64,000 nt of DNA from Magallana gigas (lineage: Eukaryota): the NCBI RefSeq assembly GCF_963853765.1, contig NC_088860.1:22072001-22136000 (forward strand), given 5' to 3'. Below, in pieces: positions 1 to 16,500 of the stretch (position 1 is the stretch's first letter; each line of letters begins with the position of its first letter). The notes below the pieces were generated by a model. It was not told the DNA's origin, searched no databases, and was given only the letters and a program-made list of their open reading frames with translations. The position numbers were made by a program, and so were the translations under genes.

Positions 1-178
1 GGGTTCTTTTTGTATGTTAATACCGATACATTGGTTGTCGTAACAACAAATGGAAACTCTCTCACTTTCTTTCTCTCTCTCTCGTTACACACACGTGTAA
101 TTGACAAAATCAGTTTGTTTGTTTGACCTGATAAATGCCATTATAAACGCCAGGTATTTAGACGAGTCTTTTACAGGA

Positions 179-612
179 CAGGCACGTAGCATCAGGGGGG
201 GCCAGGGGGGGCCTGGCCCCCCCCCCCCCCCACTTTTTCTCGCAGCAACAAATTTTTTAAAATTTACATATAAAAAAATGAATCATAATGGAGTTGGCCC
301 CCCCACTTTTTTGGAAGTTAGTAAAAAATTGATATGAAAATAAGGAAATGAGTAGTCAAATTGAAGTTACTACCCCCCCCCCCCCCCCCCCCCCCCCCCC
401 ACGGATTAGGATTTTCAAGATTTGGAGGAAAAAAATTTTTGGTAGGGAAGATTTTTTTTTTGGAAGTATAGTTGAGTCCCCCCCCCCCCCCCACGGATTA
501 GGATTTTGAAGATTTTTGGAAAACTTTAAATTTCCTTTTTTTTCCTCTTTTTTTAAAAGATTTTTTGGATGGGTCTGGCCTCCCCACTTTCAAAAACGAT
601 GCTACGTGCCTG
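179..612. mobile_element. MITE-like non-autonomous DNA element with 15-bp terminal inverted repeats
   Basis: CAGGCACGTAGCATC (179-193) is the exact reverse complement of GATGCTACGTGCCTG (598-612). The interior has poly-C tracts and a duplicated block (ccccacggattaggatttt). No clear TSD. Confidence 0.7.
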
Positions 613-999
613 CAGGGGGTTCTATTATTTTTACACTTAAGACCATATATACACAGGAATATCAATACACCTATTTAAAGACGGATCATATTGATAGATC
701 ATTAACATATCTCTTATATGAATATCACACCGGTTTTTTTTCTCCATAAAATAATTCCAAACTGTTCCTTTTGCGTGCTCCATCAGATAACTTGCGTCGT
801 ATAGTGGAAGATTCGCACTGTCAAATGGTCCGGGAGTACATGTTACCTGTAATGTAAACATTCAAAGTCTGTCTCTTAGTAATAAAAAGAAACAGCCTTC
901 AAGAAAAAGGTTCATCTACCAGAAAAGGTCCAGGATATACAGTGTTTATTCTAGGTCTAATTCTTCAAGTCTGATTCTTATGTTACAAAAATATATACT

Positions 1000-1160
1000 A
1001 TATACAGACATACCCCCTTTTATTTTTGCCACTTGCCACCACTTTTGCCTTTCTTGTCAGCAGGCGAATTTAAGACTGGGCGAATTCAAAAATCACAGGG
1101 CGAATTCAAGGCGGGCAAAACCGTTTGAATGTGTTGAAGGGCGAAAAAAAAACACCGAGC
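1000..1160. mobile_element. Degenerate MITE remnant related to the element at 63095-63291
   Basis: Shares motifs with the 63.1 kb element: ttatttttgcc, gggcgaattcaag, gggcaaaac, gaagggcgaaa, gcgaaaat. Ends are eroded. Confidence 0.45.
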
Positions 1161-2589
1161 GAAAATCATCTCGTATTACTTAAAAATTCACCTTTATACG
1201 AACTTATATAAAGTCGTGTCGTTGATTTATATCCTGCAGATGTTGCACATATTGTACATAAAGATACAACCAAACAACAAGTGCATGTTTATTCGCCGTT
1301 TTTACAATCTGAAATAAAAAGACCATGACATTATGATAGTTAGCAAGCCTGGTGAAAATGCAGGAAGCACATAATGTACAGGTATAATCTGGAACATATT
1401 ACAATGGGCTAAATAACAAACAGAATTCTATAATTTGACCATTCATATTTGTCAGGTGAATAGAACAATTGTATTTTTGTCGTCAAAAGGAACTGAGTCT
1501 ACACGACAACTAGACTAGTATGCTTAGCTTTAATACATGTAAAAGGACCTTGTACAGCCTCTTACATTGATCCTATGTTTAACGATTGTATCAAAGGGGT
1601 AGATCTTTAATCAGTTTATTTTCTTGTTTTTATTATTTAACACCATACATCCAATTCGAGACAATACCTCTGCAGAGGCCCTCTAGATAAACATGTACAT
1701 CACCCGGGGGTGCAGGGAACCCCCTGGATCAGTAATGTTATTCAGTATAAACCTTAATTCTATCAAATGAAGTCCTTATATAAACAGTTCTAGTATTTCT
1801 CACTTATTTTTAACGTAAAAGCTTACATAATATACAAGAAACGAATACAGACATACACAACTTATATCGATCAGAGCTGTAATCAGTTTTTCAACATGAA
1901 ATAAAACCTCTGCTTGTGCAGTTCCAATCATATTACACAAAAATGTTATGCTTCATACTTTTTTAATTGAGTTGAATTTATTCAAATCATCTTTTATATC
2001 TTATGTACCTTTTGAAAAACATATACAAAATTCATTAAGCAACAAAACAGTATTTTATTTTTATAGATTGGGGGGGGGGGGGGTTAAGAAGTAAAAAAAA
2101 AATGTGTTCTTCATACACAAGGACATGTAACTTAACTGATTAATAAGTCTGGTTTTTTTTTTTAAATTAAAGGAAATACTCTCAGTGGGAAAAATGATTT
2201 TCTCAAATTGTGTCATCTCTAAAAATAATTTGCATGGGATTAAATGATAAAATTTCACACTGTTCAGTGTTGGGTTTTGGGACCCAGCAACTCCATCTGC
2301 AGATCTAGAAGGGGCACTATGATGTAGCCCACAATTCCTCTGTTTTTTTTCCATCAGCTCGCATGATTGTGCTTTTCAAGATGTTTGGATTCCAGTAAAC
2401 AAGCACATCTACGAAAGTACTGGTGTCTTCCAATCAGCCACGCTAATGTTATTGTCCACTGTCCAGCTTAAAATAATCTCCTTGTGAAAAGTTTTTTTTG
2501 GTAAGCTGTGGATAATATGGCAAGATGGAATTTGAACTATACTTCATAAGGATGGATTTTTTTCCAATATTATCAGAAACATTGCTTTA

Positions 2590-5092
2590 CTATGCCGTCC
2601 ACTTTAAACATCTGCAATAAAGAAAATTCATAATCATTCTATTTCCACACAATAAATTGCACTTCTGATGCAGTAATGATGTACAATGTATCTGATACCA
2701 TGATGCACCTCTGAAAATGATGAGGTGTGTACCATTCTGAAGCCAGCATATCACAACACAATAAATTGCACTTTGGTGCAGTAATGATGTACAATGTATC
2801 TGATACCATGATGCACCTCTGAAAATGATTTGGTGTGTACCATTCTGAAGCCAGCATGTCACACCTATAAAACCCTGTTTCATTCTGAAACAGTTCCAAA
2901 CGCCAACCTTAAATGGGGTCGGGTCTGGGTCTGGACCCCCCCATTGGAAAATTTTGATTTAAAATTCATATATTAATGTTACCAAAATAAGGCCTTGAAT
3001 TTCCAACAGGAAACAAGAACATCACTCCCTTTAAAAATTACTGAATCTGTGCCTAAACTCTGAATGCTATATTGAAGCTATAATAACCATACCATATGTG
3101 CATCATTCTGAGTCAACAATGTGTTACATACCTGGTGTCTTGATGAGTGCCTAGGCATCGAACACAGCAATATCTCGCTCCACATTGTACACAGGTATAG
3201 TTGGAGGGAAAAGTATGACAGTTAAGAAAAAATCATAAAATACATGTTTTAAAAAAATCTTTCTAATAAAAAATCTGGATGTTTCTTATCAACACTAGAT
3301 ACTGTCATTAAATCAGTACACCCCACTTTTGTAGCTTCAGGTTTTTTCTATATTGATTGGACAACACTTAGTCTAATGGTTAGTCCAGAGTGCATGTAAA
3401 TTGACCTTTACCCTCATGACTTCCAAAGAAAGAGGTATCATTTAAGCATTGAATGCTTATTTTTGGATGTTGCCGGTCCTTTAACACACCAGGCCATGCA
3501 GACAAATTGAATAACTTGAATATGTTTCCTTTTTTTCAAAGCATGAAAAATGCTTTTATTGGAAAATAAACACAACATTAAACATAGAAGGGTGTTGAGC
3601 ATCTGTGAAATTGTTAAAATCAGTAAAAAAAAAAATCATTAAAAGAATGCAATATGTTTTGTTGTCTTAAAAGGATATCCACATATAGCACAGAATTTTC
3701 TGTCGGGGAATCGTGAAGGTGGTACCCCAGCCGAGTCGTAGCCGACAGAATCTTTGTTCAACATGTGCTAAAGCAGAAAAAAACCAACAAGAAATATATG
3801 GGCCTCTCATTGTTTTTTTTTTATACATATAAATTAATAGGATGGAATGATAAAGAGATCACTTCGAAGCAAATTTACCTCTTCTTCAAGTAATGCAGCA
3901 AAACTCTTCTTGTAACGAAACTTAAAATTGTCAGCTTTGCTTCTTCGTTTCTTTTTCCCCAATTGTCCTGTGATTACAAAACAGTAATACTATTTAAAAC
4001 AAAGAACATGTTAACCAATTTTGTAATTTAAAAAAAAAAAAAATTAAAAGACCTCTAGTACATGTAAAAGTTTTGAACTAAATGCAAATATTACTTTATT
4101 ACTTTAGCTTTATTTTGAGGCACTTTTTGTGTAACTAGCTGGTCAACAATCCAAATTTTTTCGGACTGAAAGCTACAGAATACAGCTAAGGCCAGTATAC
4201 ATGTTTGAATTTTTTGTTGATTAATAATCATGATCATTGAATACCCAAATTAACATTGAATCAAAATGTCCAAACAAAATCTCTACTCGAGTACATGTAA
4301 AAGCCATCAGTCCTGAATATATTACCTGGAGTATCCATGGATTCCTCAAACTTGGGGGCCTTCTTACTCATCTTCAGATCTGCATGGGGATCATCCTGAA
4401 AGTTGTCTTGTTCCAACGCCTCTAGGGCTTTTCTCTGACGCCTCCGTCTTGCTGCATCATCCAACACTCTCTTCTGTTGCAGGTCCTTGATTCTACCTAG
4501 AATATTTGAAACAATGTTATCAAACGGTTCTTGACTGCTTATTAGCTGCAGGACTGTAGCTCCCGGTCTGAAAAAATGTCCATCCGAATTTTTTCAGACC
4601 GGGAGCTACAATCCTGCAGCTAGACTGCTTATCAAACAAATGACACGTGATACTTTAAAAAAGAATTCCACTTTTTGAAAGTACATCTTTATTCAATGAT
4701 CTTCTAATTGTTTCTTAGGATGCATGATCAACAAAACAATTTTGTGGTAAAAAAAAAAGACTATGATTATCAAGAGACTCCTTTTATAGAGGTAAATATT
4801 ACAACTTTTTACAATATTTACAGTGCTGTTATTATAAATCGAAATAAAAACGAAGTGAAAGCAGAGACATAAATAACGTGTTATTTATGTGTATCTGGTG
4901 AAAGTAATACGTTTCGAAATTCCTCGATTGGAAATGGAACAAAATTGGAAAAATCTTTTTTTTAAATTTCTCTTACATTCATAAACGTGTATGTTAATGA
5001 AATGAATAAAAGAATGATCTTTAAAAATAAAAGAAAAATATGAAAGTTATCGAAATTCTAAAAAAAATCTTACTTGATTCCTTTTTCTCCAT
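2590..5092 (-). CDS. ZNHIT1: Zinc finger HIT domain-containing protein 1 (Vps71, SRCAP/SWR1 subunit), 6 exons, 156 aa
   Basis: Exons 5092-5074, 4496-4326, 3967-3879, 3767-3679, 3212-3132, 2611-2590 total 471 nt in frame: MEKKESSRIKDLQQKRVLDDAARRRRQRKALEALEQDNFQDDPHADL...KFCAICGFPSNYTCVQCGARYCCVRCLGTHQDTRCLKWTA*. The EQDNFQDDPHA motif, HIT zinc finger and CLKWTA end match ZNHIT1 as I recall it. Confidence 0.96.
2647..2862. repeat. Tandem duplication, two copies of about 109 bp, in the last intron of ZNHIT1
   Basis: acacaataaattgcactt...gaagccagcat occurs at about 2647-2755 and 2756-2862 with only a few differences. Confidence 0.9.
3213..3678 (-). other. U12-type (minor spliceosome) AT-AC intron in ZNHIT1
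   Basis: On the minus strand: 5' splice site GG|ATATCCTTTT, branch site TTTTCTTAAC, then TGTCATAC|TTTT. Splicing here gives CAICG-FPSNYTC in frame. There is no AG acceptor near the downstream exon start. Confidence 0.93.
4543..4622. mobile_element. 80-bp hairpin MITE with 10-bp target-site duplication (Mutator-like TSD length)
   Basis: TAGCTGCAGGACTGTAGCTCCCGGTCTGAAAAAAT pairs with ATTTTTTCAGACCGGGAGCTACAATCCTGCAGCTA (1 mismatch). It is flanked by identical GACTGCTTAT at 4533-4542 and 4623-4632. Confidence 0.88.
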
Positions 5093-5924
5093 AGTATAAT
5101 TTTCGTCGGACTCGGTATGCCGTTTGAGGTATATATTCGTTTCGCCCTTCCAGTCTTTCAGCCCCGGTCATTTCAAACCATGTACTAATCATTATATAAG
5201 GCTGTGGCTTAAATTTCGTCGTCATTTGTCGAAAGATAACATTATAAGCCAATCAAATAAATTTTTAATGTAATGTTATAATATGTCATATTTTGTATAT
5301 TAAAAGAAATAAAATAAATATTATTGTCACCATTTGATCTGAACACTGTTCAGAATTAATATTCTTTTATTTTTCGCAGCAAGAAAAAGTGGAATATTCA
5401 TAGGCTGAATAATTTAAACTATCTATTTCATGATTATTTTTTTTTTGCTAATGTTTTACAACAAAATTGAATAATTTAAAAATTAATAGAATTTAAAACG
5501 ATGAAAATATATTCATAACAATATTTTTAAATTCTATAAATTTCAAACATTAATGTAACACAGTCATTTCTAAGAAATGGGCAAAAAATTGTTCAAGTCT
5601 CAAACTGGAAAAAATTTGCTGTACATATAAGTATTCACAGCCATGATATTTTGAACCCCCATTTTGTTAAGAAATGGAATGAAAAATCACAATTAATAAC
5701 AATTCATTTTTTATTTCATATTTTATTTCAAAAATACTATATGGTTTATTTCTTTTCATTGGTAGTCTTGGTCAGCTGTACAAGAGATTCCATTGTCAGT
5801 GTTGCATAGCTGTAAAAAATTTGCTGAATCCCTGATAATCTTTCCACAACAAAAAGAGAAATTGTCATGCACCGAGATGCCAGATGTCTAAGTCATGCTT
5901 CAGTACGGGGTATTAATTGTGCAA

Positions 5925-8806
<2,882 letters not shown>

Positions 8807-11653
8807 ATTGTTTACTAGTTACAAATCAATTTTACCTTTTCACAAAGAAGAGTTTTTTGATAAATCGTACTCTAACTTACTCGTATTTGGGTCAACTTAC
8901 ATCAGAAATCGCCCACGATGGAGTTTTCCCTCTTTTTCTGTTAAATATAATATAATATTGATGGGACATAAAATTCATGTGTAGAATCAGGGTCTTTTAG
9001 GAGTTGTTCTTTAAATTTTTTTGTCAATGAAAAAGGGATATGAATCATGGATTCCCAAACTGAATTGATTTTGATAAGGAAATACGTGTAGTTGTACACT
9101 ATCATATTAATATCTATTCCAAAAAATTAAGCAAAACTCGATGTATTAAATTATGGCAGGAATATACATATTGATGACTAGATGGAATGACAAGATAAAA
9201 AAAAAAAGGAGGTCCTTTATTGTCGACACTGCGGGGTTTTTCCTGACATGGACAATCTACTTCATAATTACCACATCAAATGTGCTATTCTGATGATCAA
9301 ATATCCAAAAAAAAAAATATTTAAAGAGAAAATTTATAATCATATCTATATGGATTTACATTTGAAATTGACTTTGGCTCTAAAAACTGTTACCAGTAAA
9401 CTGAAATATTTGGATTTATCTTATTTCCGGCCGGGCGATTCAGTGAATTGAAGTGGAATTCCGCGTAGAATTCGTGATGACATATACATGTATTTTGCTC
9501 TTGTTACGTAACACACTTGATCCTTCACTGAGTGGAGTAACAGCTAGTAACATCATGAACATGCACTTTCCTAACATGCATGCAATAACATGCAATATTT
9601 ATATAAAATTACCACAATGCCAAGTCTGTTTATATTATCAATATTGGTAATACAATTGACATATGTGTTCTGAGGTAATAAAGAAATAAAAATAAACAAA
9701 ACAATAAACAAAATATGCACTGTTCTTATAATTGTATGGGGGGGGGGGGGGGGGAGGCTCAATGTCCCTTTTGTACTTTAATTAGTTTAAATTTGAAGGG
9801 AAAATTTCTTATCTATGTAGGTTTTAAAACTATGCTACGCTGTTAACCTGATATGTTTAGAAATTACATGTAATATATTATATCCTATCTTTAATTTGCA
9901 CAAATCTTTTAATCTAAAGATACACTAATCTTTTAATTTAATTGTGTCACTGTTCATTTTAACATTGAATTCTATATATTTTACGTGCTAGTCATAATGA
10001 CACTCTTCAAGAAATTTTATAGAGAATTATCGTATCGTATTGTTCTTATCAAACTTAACACATGGGAAAATAATTTTTGCTTTTGTTAATTTATACAGAA
10101 ATGTGTGATGGAGCTCGCTGGTGTTTTTTGCCTATAATTTGATTTCTGATTTACGCTCTTTCCTTCTTCAAAGACCACAAAAAATGCCTGTGCGCATTTC
10201 ACGCTGTCACCATTTCTAGCAGTTTTATATGTGATGATATGTTACTTGGAAGAGATCCGACCTTGAATAACATTCAATTCGAGAATAATTCTAGGAGAAC
10301 TTTGAAAGTCATCCAAGGTGGCTTTTGATCTCAGTCTCACTTTTCTGCTATATATTCCTTTTGTAAAAGTGAGACTCGGATCGAAAATAAGCTCGTCTAA
10401 CTTTTTTTATGGCCCCTGTGTCTGTTGTCCACGTCCAAGATGGAGAAATATTTTCCAATGAAATATCTTTCAGAAGACTGGCTAATTGCATTAACCATTG
10501 CAAGTGGTTTTGGGTTGTTTTTTTTTTGGGGGGGGGGGGTCGTTATTGCAATAGTTAGATGAGGTCATGAAAGTGGTCTTAAGAAGAGACGTCATCTACC
10601 AGTTAATTGTAAAATATCGGCAACTTGTTCCATCATCTGAGCAAATGAAAATAACCGACAGGAACTGAGTAAAATCGAAATTGGTTCCTACAGGTTATGA
10701 CTTGCATTATATTTTTGATTTTTTTTTTATATTATATATTTTTATAAACTGAACTGAAAAAAGATAAAGTTATCGTGATAAATAGTGGTGGCAAAAGCAA
10801 AGTATCGGACTGGGTGGAAAGACAGGTGTGGCTGCTGCCTTATGTGCCACTATACACGAACAAGCCAACTAAGTATGTAAGTACATGCATGTATTATCTT
10901 TATCTGAGTTGCATATTTCGTAATCTGTATTGTATTGTTTTTAAATTTATATTCTTTATTTTCATTTAATGTTTTATTTTTTAATCTCTAATCACCGATT
11001 TGTTTTATATAATTTTGTTGTTGGAATTAATTTAGAAGGTTGGGAATTAATGCGATTGGTTTAATATTCAGCAATTCTTAGTTTTTACATAAAGCTATCG
11101 AAGACATTGTTTGATAGATTGTCCAAAAACATACTAAATTTCTGACACAGACGATTTTCATTGTATATAGTCATAAATTATCATCAGGAAACAATTCCCT
11201 AATTGACTTCCGCTGTTTTTTTAAAATGGAAATAGACGGACTATTTGTTTAATTATTATAAAATCAAAATTTCCAAGAAACCACACAGTTTATCATGTAC
11301 TATGAACATTGTAGTACAATTTCCGAGAATTTTTAAAAACATTTTTTGAATTACAGATTATATAATTGTCAACACACATGTAAGTTAGATGATTTAGCAG
11401 GAACGGGTATGCATCGATTTAATTATCACCGCTTAATTGTAATTATGTGTTCTGAGTTTTAAAAATTAAACAAGGGAACAAAACAAGAGATTCAAAGGAC
11501 ACGAAAATTAAAACAATAGTTTATTGTGTAATAAAAAAATGTACAGACATAGATACAACAAATATATTTTAAACAACGTTTTGAGATTTCAAAAATGTGA
11601 AACTCTTATCGTCACAAAAATGAATGAGTATCAAACACAGTATCTCCCATATC

Positions 11654-12826
11654 TTACAGCTTGAACAACCCTATATAGTTATTTACTTGATTAGATTGAT
11701 CGAGGAAGTTGTGTGCACTCTGGGATAGGGAGCTCGATATCAGGTACCCGCGCTGCAATTCGAACACTCCCGCCAGAAAATTTGTGTGATGCTTGTCGGA
11801 TGTTTTGGAGCCACCAAACTTACTAAACACGAGGTCAACGTCACCCGTCCGCGGCAACAGCGGGTGAAACTTGGTCAGACTCTGATAAAACGTCTCCACG
11901 TAGATGTCTTTGCTATGATCGAAGGTGGTGGAGGAATATATAAAATAGTTCCCGCTGTGCTTTATTTGCAGATGGGTCGCGTTCTGCAGATCTATATCCT
12001 TTGTAAATGCCGTGCCGAGTGAATCGCTAGCTACCCAACGAAGTTTGTTTTCTAAAGAAAAAATAAATTAAAATATGATAATTAGACATATGTATATGTT
12101 AATTAATTACGTTTTTATTTAATTATGAAACAGCTTTAAAAGAAATTAAAACCTCACACAAGAAGCACAGAGCAAGCTAAGGTACATGTAATACTATGCA
12201 GATTTAGCATAGTATTACCAGTAACTTTAATTGTTTTTTCCTTAGCGGAGACACATTATTATTTTTGATGGCCCCTAATCATTTTCTAATTGGAAGGAGG
12301 GGGGTATAAAGTTGTGAAAATATTTAAAAGTGTAAAGTAACTATAACGATAGCACACTTACCCTTTGAGATCGACTTTTTCCGGTCCAAATATAGATGTG
12401 CAGCGCAAGGTCGCTCTCTCCACCAATGAAAAGAATCACTGACTGAATTCGCGTTACCTGTAAAAGGAAAACCGATATTCTATATTTACAGAAACTATAT
12501 CATACCTCTGGTTGCTATAATCATTCTATAATCATTATTTGAACTAGAATTAGATTGATTTTATATTCTGTAAAGATGATTTGCATATAACATACCAATG
12601 TGGTTGTCTTCATTCTGAATCTGTAGAAAATGTAAGAAAATGAAAATAATTATATCAGTTAATTAAACATTAAGTAAGATTTTAAGTAATATTCTCAGAA
12701 GGTTCAGACCTTATAAACACCAATTACTGCAACAGATACATCTATTTTCCTCCTTTTTTCTTCATATAATAACTTAATAAAATGGGGTTTTTTCAGGTTC
12801 TTTAAATTTACATGTATATACACGTG

Positions 12827-12868
<42 letters not shown>

Positions 12869-13598
12869 TTGGGGGGATAGATATGAATATCAGTTTTAGA
12901 TGAGTTTTAAATCTGATATCAAAGTTGTTTTCGTTTGATATTCAGTAAATTAAATTATTCGATTGTAAATGTTCAATTAAAGATCAGTTTCGGTTTCGAA
13001 TCAAAATGCACATGTATGCTCAATTTGTGCCGAGTCACATTTTGTTAATTAAATTAACATTTACTCATATGTTAATTAATAACTTAACTACTGGATTAAA
13101 AAGATTTAAAATTCTTATATTAAAAAAAATCAAATTAACAATTAACGAGAGAGAGAAAAAGAATATAAAGAATGTTGAATAACCAACTTTCGTTTTCGAT
13201 AGTGACTTGATACTATATATACTTACAGCACGGATAAATTCTTGAATGGCCGTGTCCTTTAAACAGCACAATTTATTTTGACGATCCGTCGTATAGATAT
13301 CATCATACAATGTTTCATTCGTATTTACATCTTCACCTAAATAATCGCAATTAAAACAAACAGAACTTTGTAGATCCCCGGCAAGGCTAACGTTGGCTTG
13401 AAGAAGTTTTTGGGCAATATTGGTCGATGGCTTAGGAACATCCTTATTTTCAACGGTTTCCTTATCCAAGGTATTAAAATAAATGGCTAAAACACTAACG
13501 AAGATCGCCAAAAAAATGTTTATTCCGAATGAAAAATACAAACAAGTCTTAGGTGCACAGGAAACCATGTCTGCGGCGCGTTGAGCCTTTTTCTTCAT
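11654..13598 (-). CDS. TNF superfamily ligand, copy 1 (type II membrane protein), 4 exons
   Basis: Exons 13598-13227, 12620-12596, 12458-12363 (approx.), 12051-11654, intron phases 0,1,1. Short cytoplasmic tail, TM helix (LYFSFGINIFLAIFVSVLAIYF), Cys-rich stalk, then a TNF homology domain: WWRERPCAAHLYL...LRW...GNYFIYSSTTF...FLAGVFEL...NYIGLFKL*. Start could also be the Met at about 13568. Confidence 0.9.
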
Positions 13599-16500
13599 GT
13601 CATGAATGATTATGCGTCAATACGAAAGTAGGTTTTTCCATTACATTTTATCTGGGGAAACAGAACAAAAATGAAAGGAAACACATATCTTGGTTGACTT
13701 GTGGGTTTTCACGTAGAATCGCTCTATTGGCCAATTCTATATTTTTTAAAACAAATTTGCTCTGCTTAACTATCAGCATATGATTCAGTTTAGACATAAG
13801 TGAAACTTCAAAAGAAATACACAAATATTATAAAAGAAAGCTTAAAATAGAACTATTAACAGGTATATGTAGAACTATAACTTTAAACCAAATATAGTAG
13901 ATATAGATTTCTTTTTAAAAGAGAGATCTTAACATTCATTGAATAAATGTCAAAATCTTTAAAGAATCAAATGTTTTACCTAGCTATCTTATACAAATGA
14001 ATGAAGGTATAGAAAAGGTACTAATAACTGGATATGTCGCAGTAAATTCACATGTCAAAATAGAGGAGAATGATGGGTCGAATTCAAATAAGATTATTGA
14101 CTACCTTTTTAATCATGGAAAGTAGAACAAATATGTCACCGGTTTTTTTCTGTTTTTAAATTTAATAAATTTTTATAAAAATTCCAAAAACAGTCAATAT
14201 AAAAACAAAACTTCCGCCAAAACCTTTGAATTAAACTATCTGTTACCTTAAGGTAAATCCTGACTTATGCGTAAATTTAGTTTTTCATTTTTTTTTTGGG
14301 GGGGGGGGGGGGTCTCTGATTGAAAGTAAAGTCTATCACGTGGAGAAACATCCACTTACACGCAAAGCAAATAAGGATAATTTTGAATCGACTTGACAAA
14401 GAAATTTTCTTGAAAGCTAAATGACTGGAGCTCATCAAACTCGATGGCTTTATTATATATTGTATGTTGTTGTTTTTTTTGGGGAGTTGATTTTAATCAA
14501 CTCTCCTACGCAGTTACTCTGGCAAACCGAAAGTGAAACAGTGTTTGGACCGAAACACAAATCAACATCGCTGACAACATTTTGTTCTCATCGACAAATT
14601 CGATGTAGTGTATTCTAAAGCCTTGTTTCCAAGGAAACTTATTTATAGATACCTTGTAAATAGTCAGATTTTAAATGGTCGAACAATTTAGATATTTTTT
14701 GTAGTCGTACATTGTATGTATTCCTACGCCAGACTTGTTCAACCTACAAGCAGTGAGTCTCTCTCGCTTGTCGGATATTAACGGAGACAGCCGAACGTCG
14801 ATCTGGTTGAACATGACTAGAGTTCAATATTGCCTGAATCCATACAATTTCTCAGAACTATTTTGATTACTGGCACGTAGTTTGATGGAATTAATTCTTT
14901 GAATATTACACAACAAGATTCATATGGGGTTTTCATATGGGGTTTTCACGAAATTCCTGTCGGAGAATTTATATAATAAAAAATGTGCGTAATTTAAATA
15001 CATATAAGAAAATACTTAGCATGCAAAATAACATATTGTTTATTTTAAAATAAATAATAATCGATAAAAATCAAATCCCGTCAGTACTTCAGTACTTTGA
15101 TTTACATATGTAAGCCCTAAAAGGTTACACTCCAATGTAACATCTTCACAGAATCCTTTTTATTTATAAAAGTCGAAACCCTCTGCTATACTAACAAAGG
15201 AGATAAAAAGAGGACATGAAACATTTAAGATTTATTTAAGGTGTTTTATTTTCTTGTTATCAAAACATTCAGAATTAATAAAGAATCACATTTTTTGTGA
15301 GCAAAAGTACATACCTATAATATTATACATGAACTCTTTTTTTTAACTTAAAAGCAATGCTATAAAACTATAGCTGCCAAAAAAATATGTATTTCCTATT
15401 TCTTTGAAACTTAAAAAGCTACGCTCGTTCTTTTTGGTAAAATTCAGTTTCTTATATTGTATAAAAGTTAAAAGCATATATTGTCCCACTTATCAAATTA
15501 TTTCAAATAATCGAATCATTTATAAGTAAACATTCAAAACTACCTCAAAATATTTAAGTATCCTGAATTTCATTCTGTTTTGTGACATGAACCATAAATA
15601 TTTATATTTTGATATGTAATTTTTAGTGCACATGCAGCCATTTTAGTGGAAAAAAAATCAGCCAAATTATGTATTTTGTCACCATGGTAACGCTTTTTAT
15701 GATATGCATTGATTTTATAATTTTTCTCTATAATTTGAATATTGACCATTTTCTAAATAACACATCGATAGCTCAAATTACTGTCGTTGGTTACAACGTG
15801 CTGTTCCCTCAAATAAGTTTTAATATGTCAAATTTTTAATCCTAAGAATATAACTCACTTTTTCATCCAATCAGCAGTCATTAAATATTCTATCAAGCTT
15901 AAAGAATTTCTTTTAATTTCACAATGACGCAGAACTTTTGATAAGCTAATGAAATTAAAATGGGCTACGTTTCTGGTGAGTTAGATCATATAAGTAAAAG
16001 AACCTGGGGGAATAAGCTGAGGCATATGCCCACAAGTGACCATAACCTTATCACTAGTATGTTTCAAATGACAATCACGCATTTAGTATAATATGTGTAT
16101 TAACTTCAATTATTTTTATTCATGTGCTTACATATCTCCAGAGAATTTATTATGTGCGTGTACATAGAATAAAGAATTCCAATTTTTTGTCTTAAAGTTC
16201 ATAATTTGTACTCCCTCAACAAAGTAACATGTTAATTTTAAAAGATAGTACTAAAGATAACTTATTTATCAAAAACTATAGAATGATTAAGTGCATGTGT
16301 TGAATTTATAGTAACGCAATTTTTACTTTCTTAACGTCAAATGAGTTTTCCGAATTTAAACAAAGTTAAAGATATAACAAAAAAATTACAACACGATTCA
16401 TAGGAATTGAACACCCAATTCAACATACTTATGTTCCATGAACTCCTCGCTAACCGCTACACCACGAAATCACATGTTTCCATGCATTTGAATAACAAAC

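Noticed and set aside
637-861. 74-aa minus-strand ORF that could be a terminal exon (acceptor-like ttacag at about 850)
   Set aside because: No recognisable motif. The candidate upstream exons I tried (about 920-970 and 1190-1310) contain stops or have an incompatible phase.
2590-2899. ORF-track ORFs 2590..2883 and 2639..2899
   Set aside because: They read through an intronic tandem repeat. Only the last 22 nt (CLKWTA*) are real ZNHIT1 coding sequence.
9474-9530. GTGATGA ... CTGA resembling C/D-box snoRNA boxes
   Set aside because: Too short, no terminal stem, no recognisable rRNA antisense element, and not in an identified host intron.
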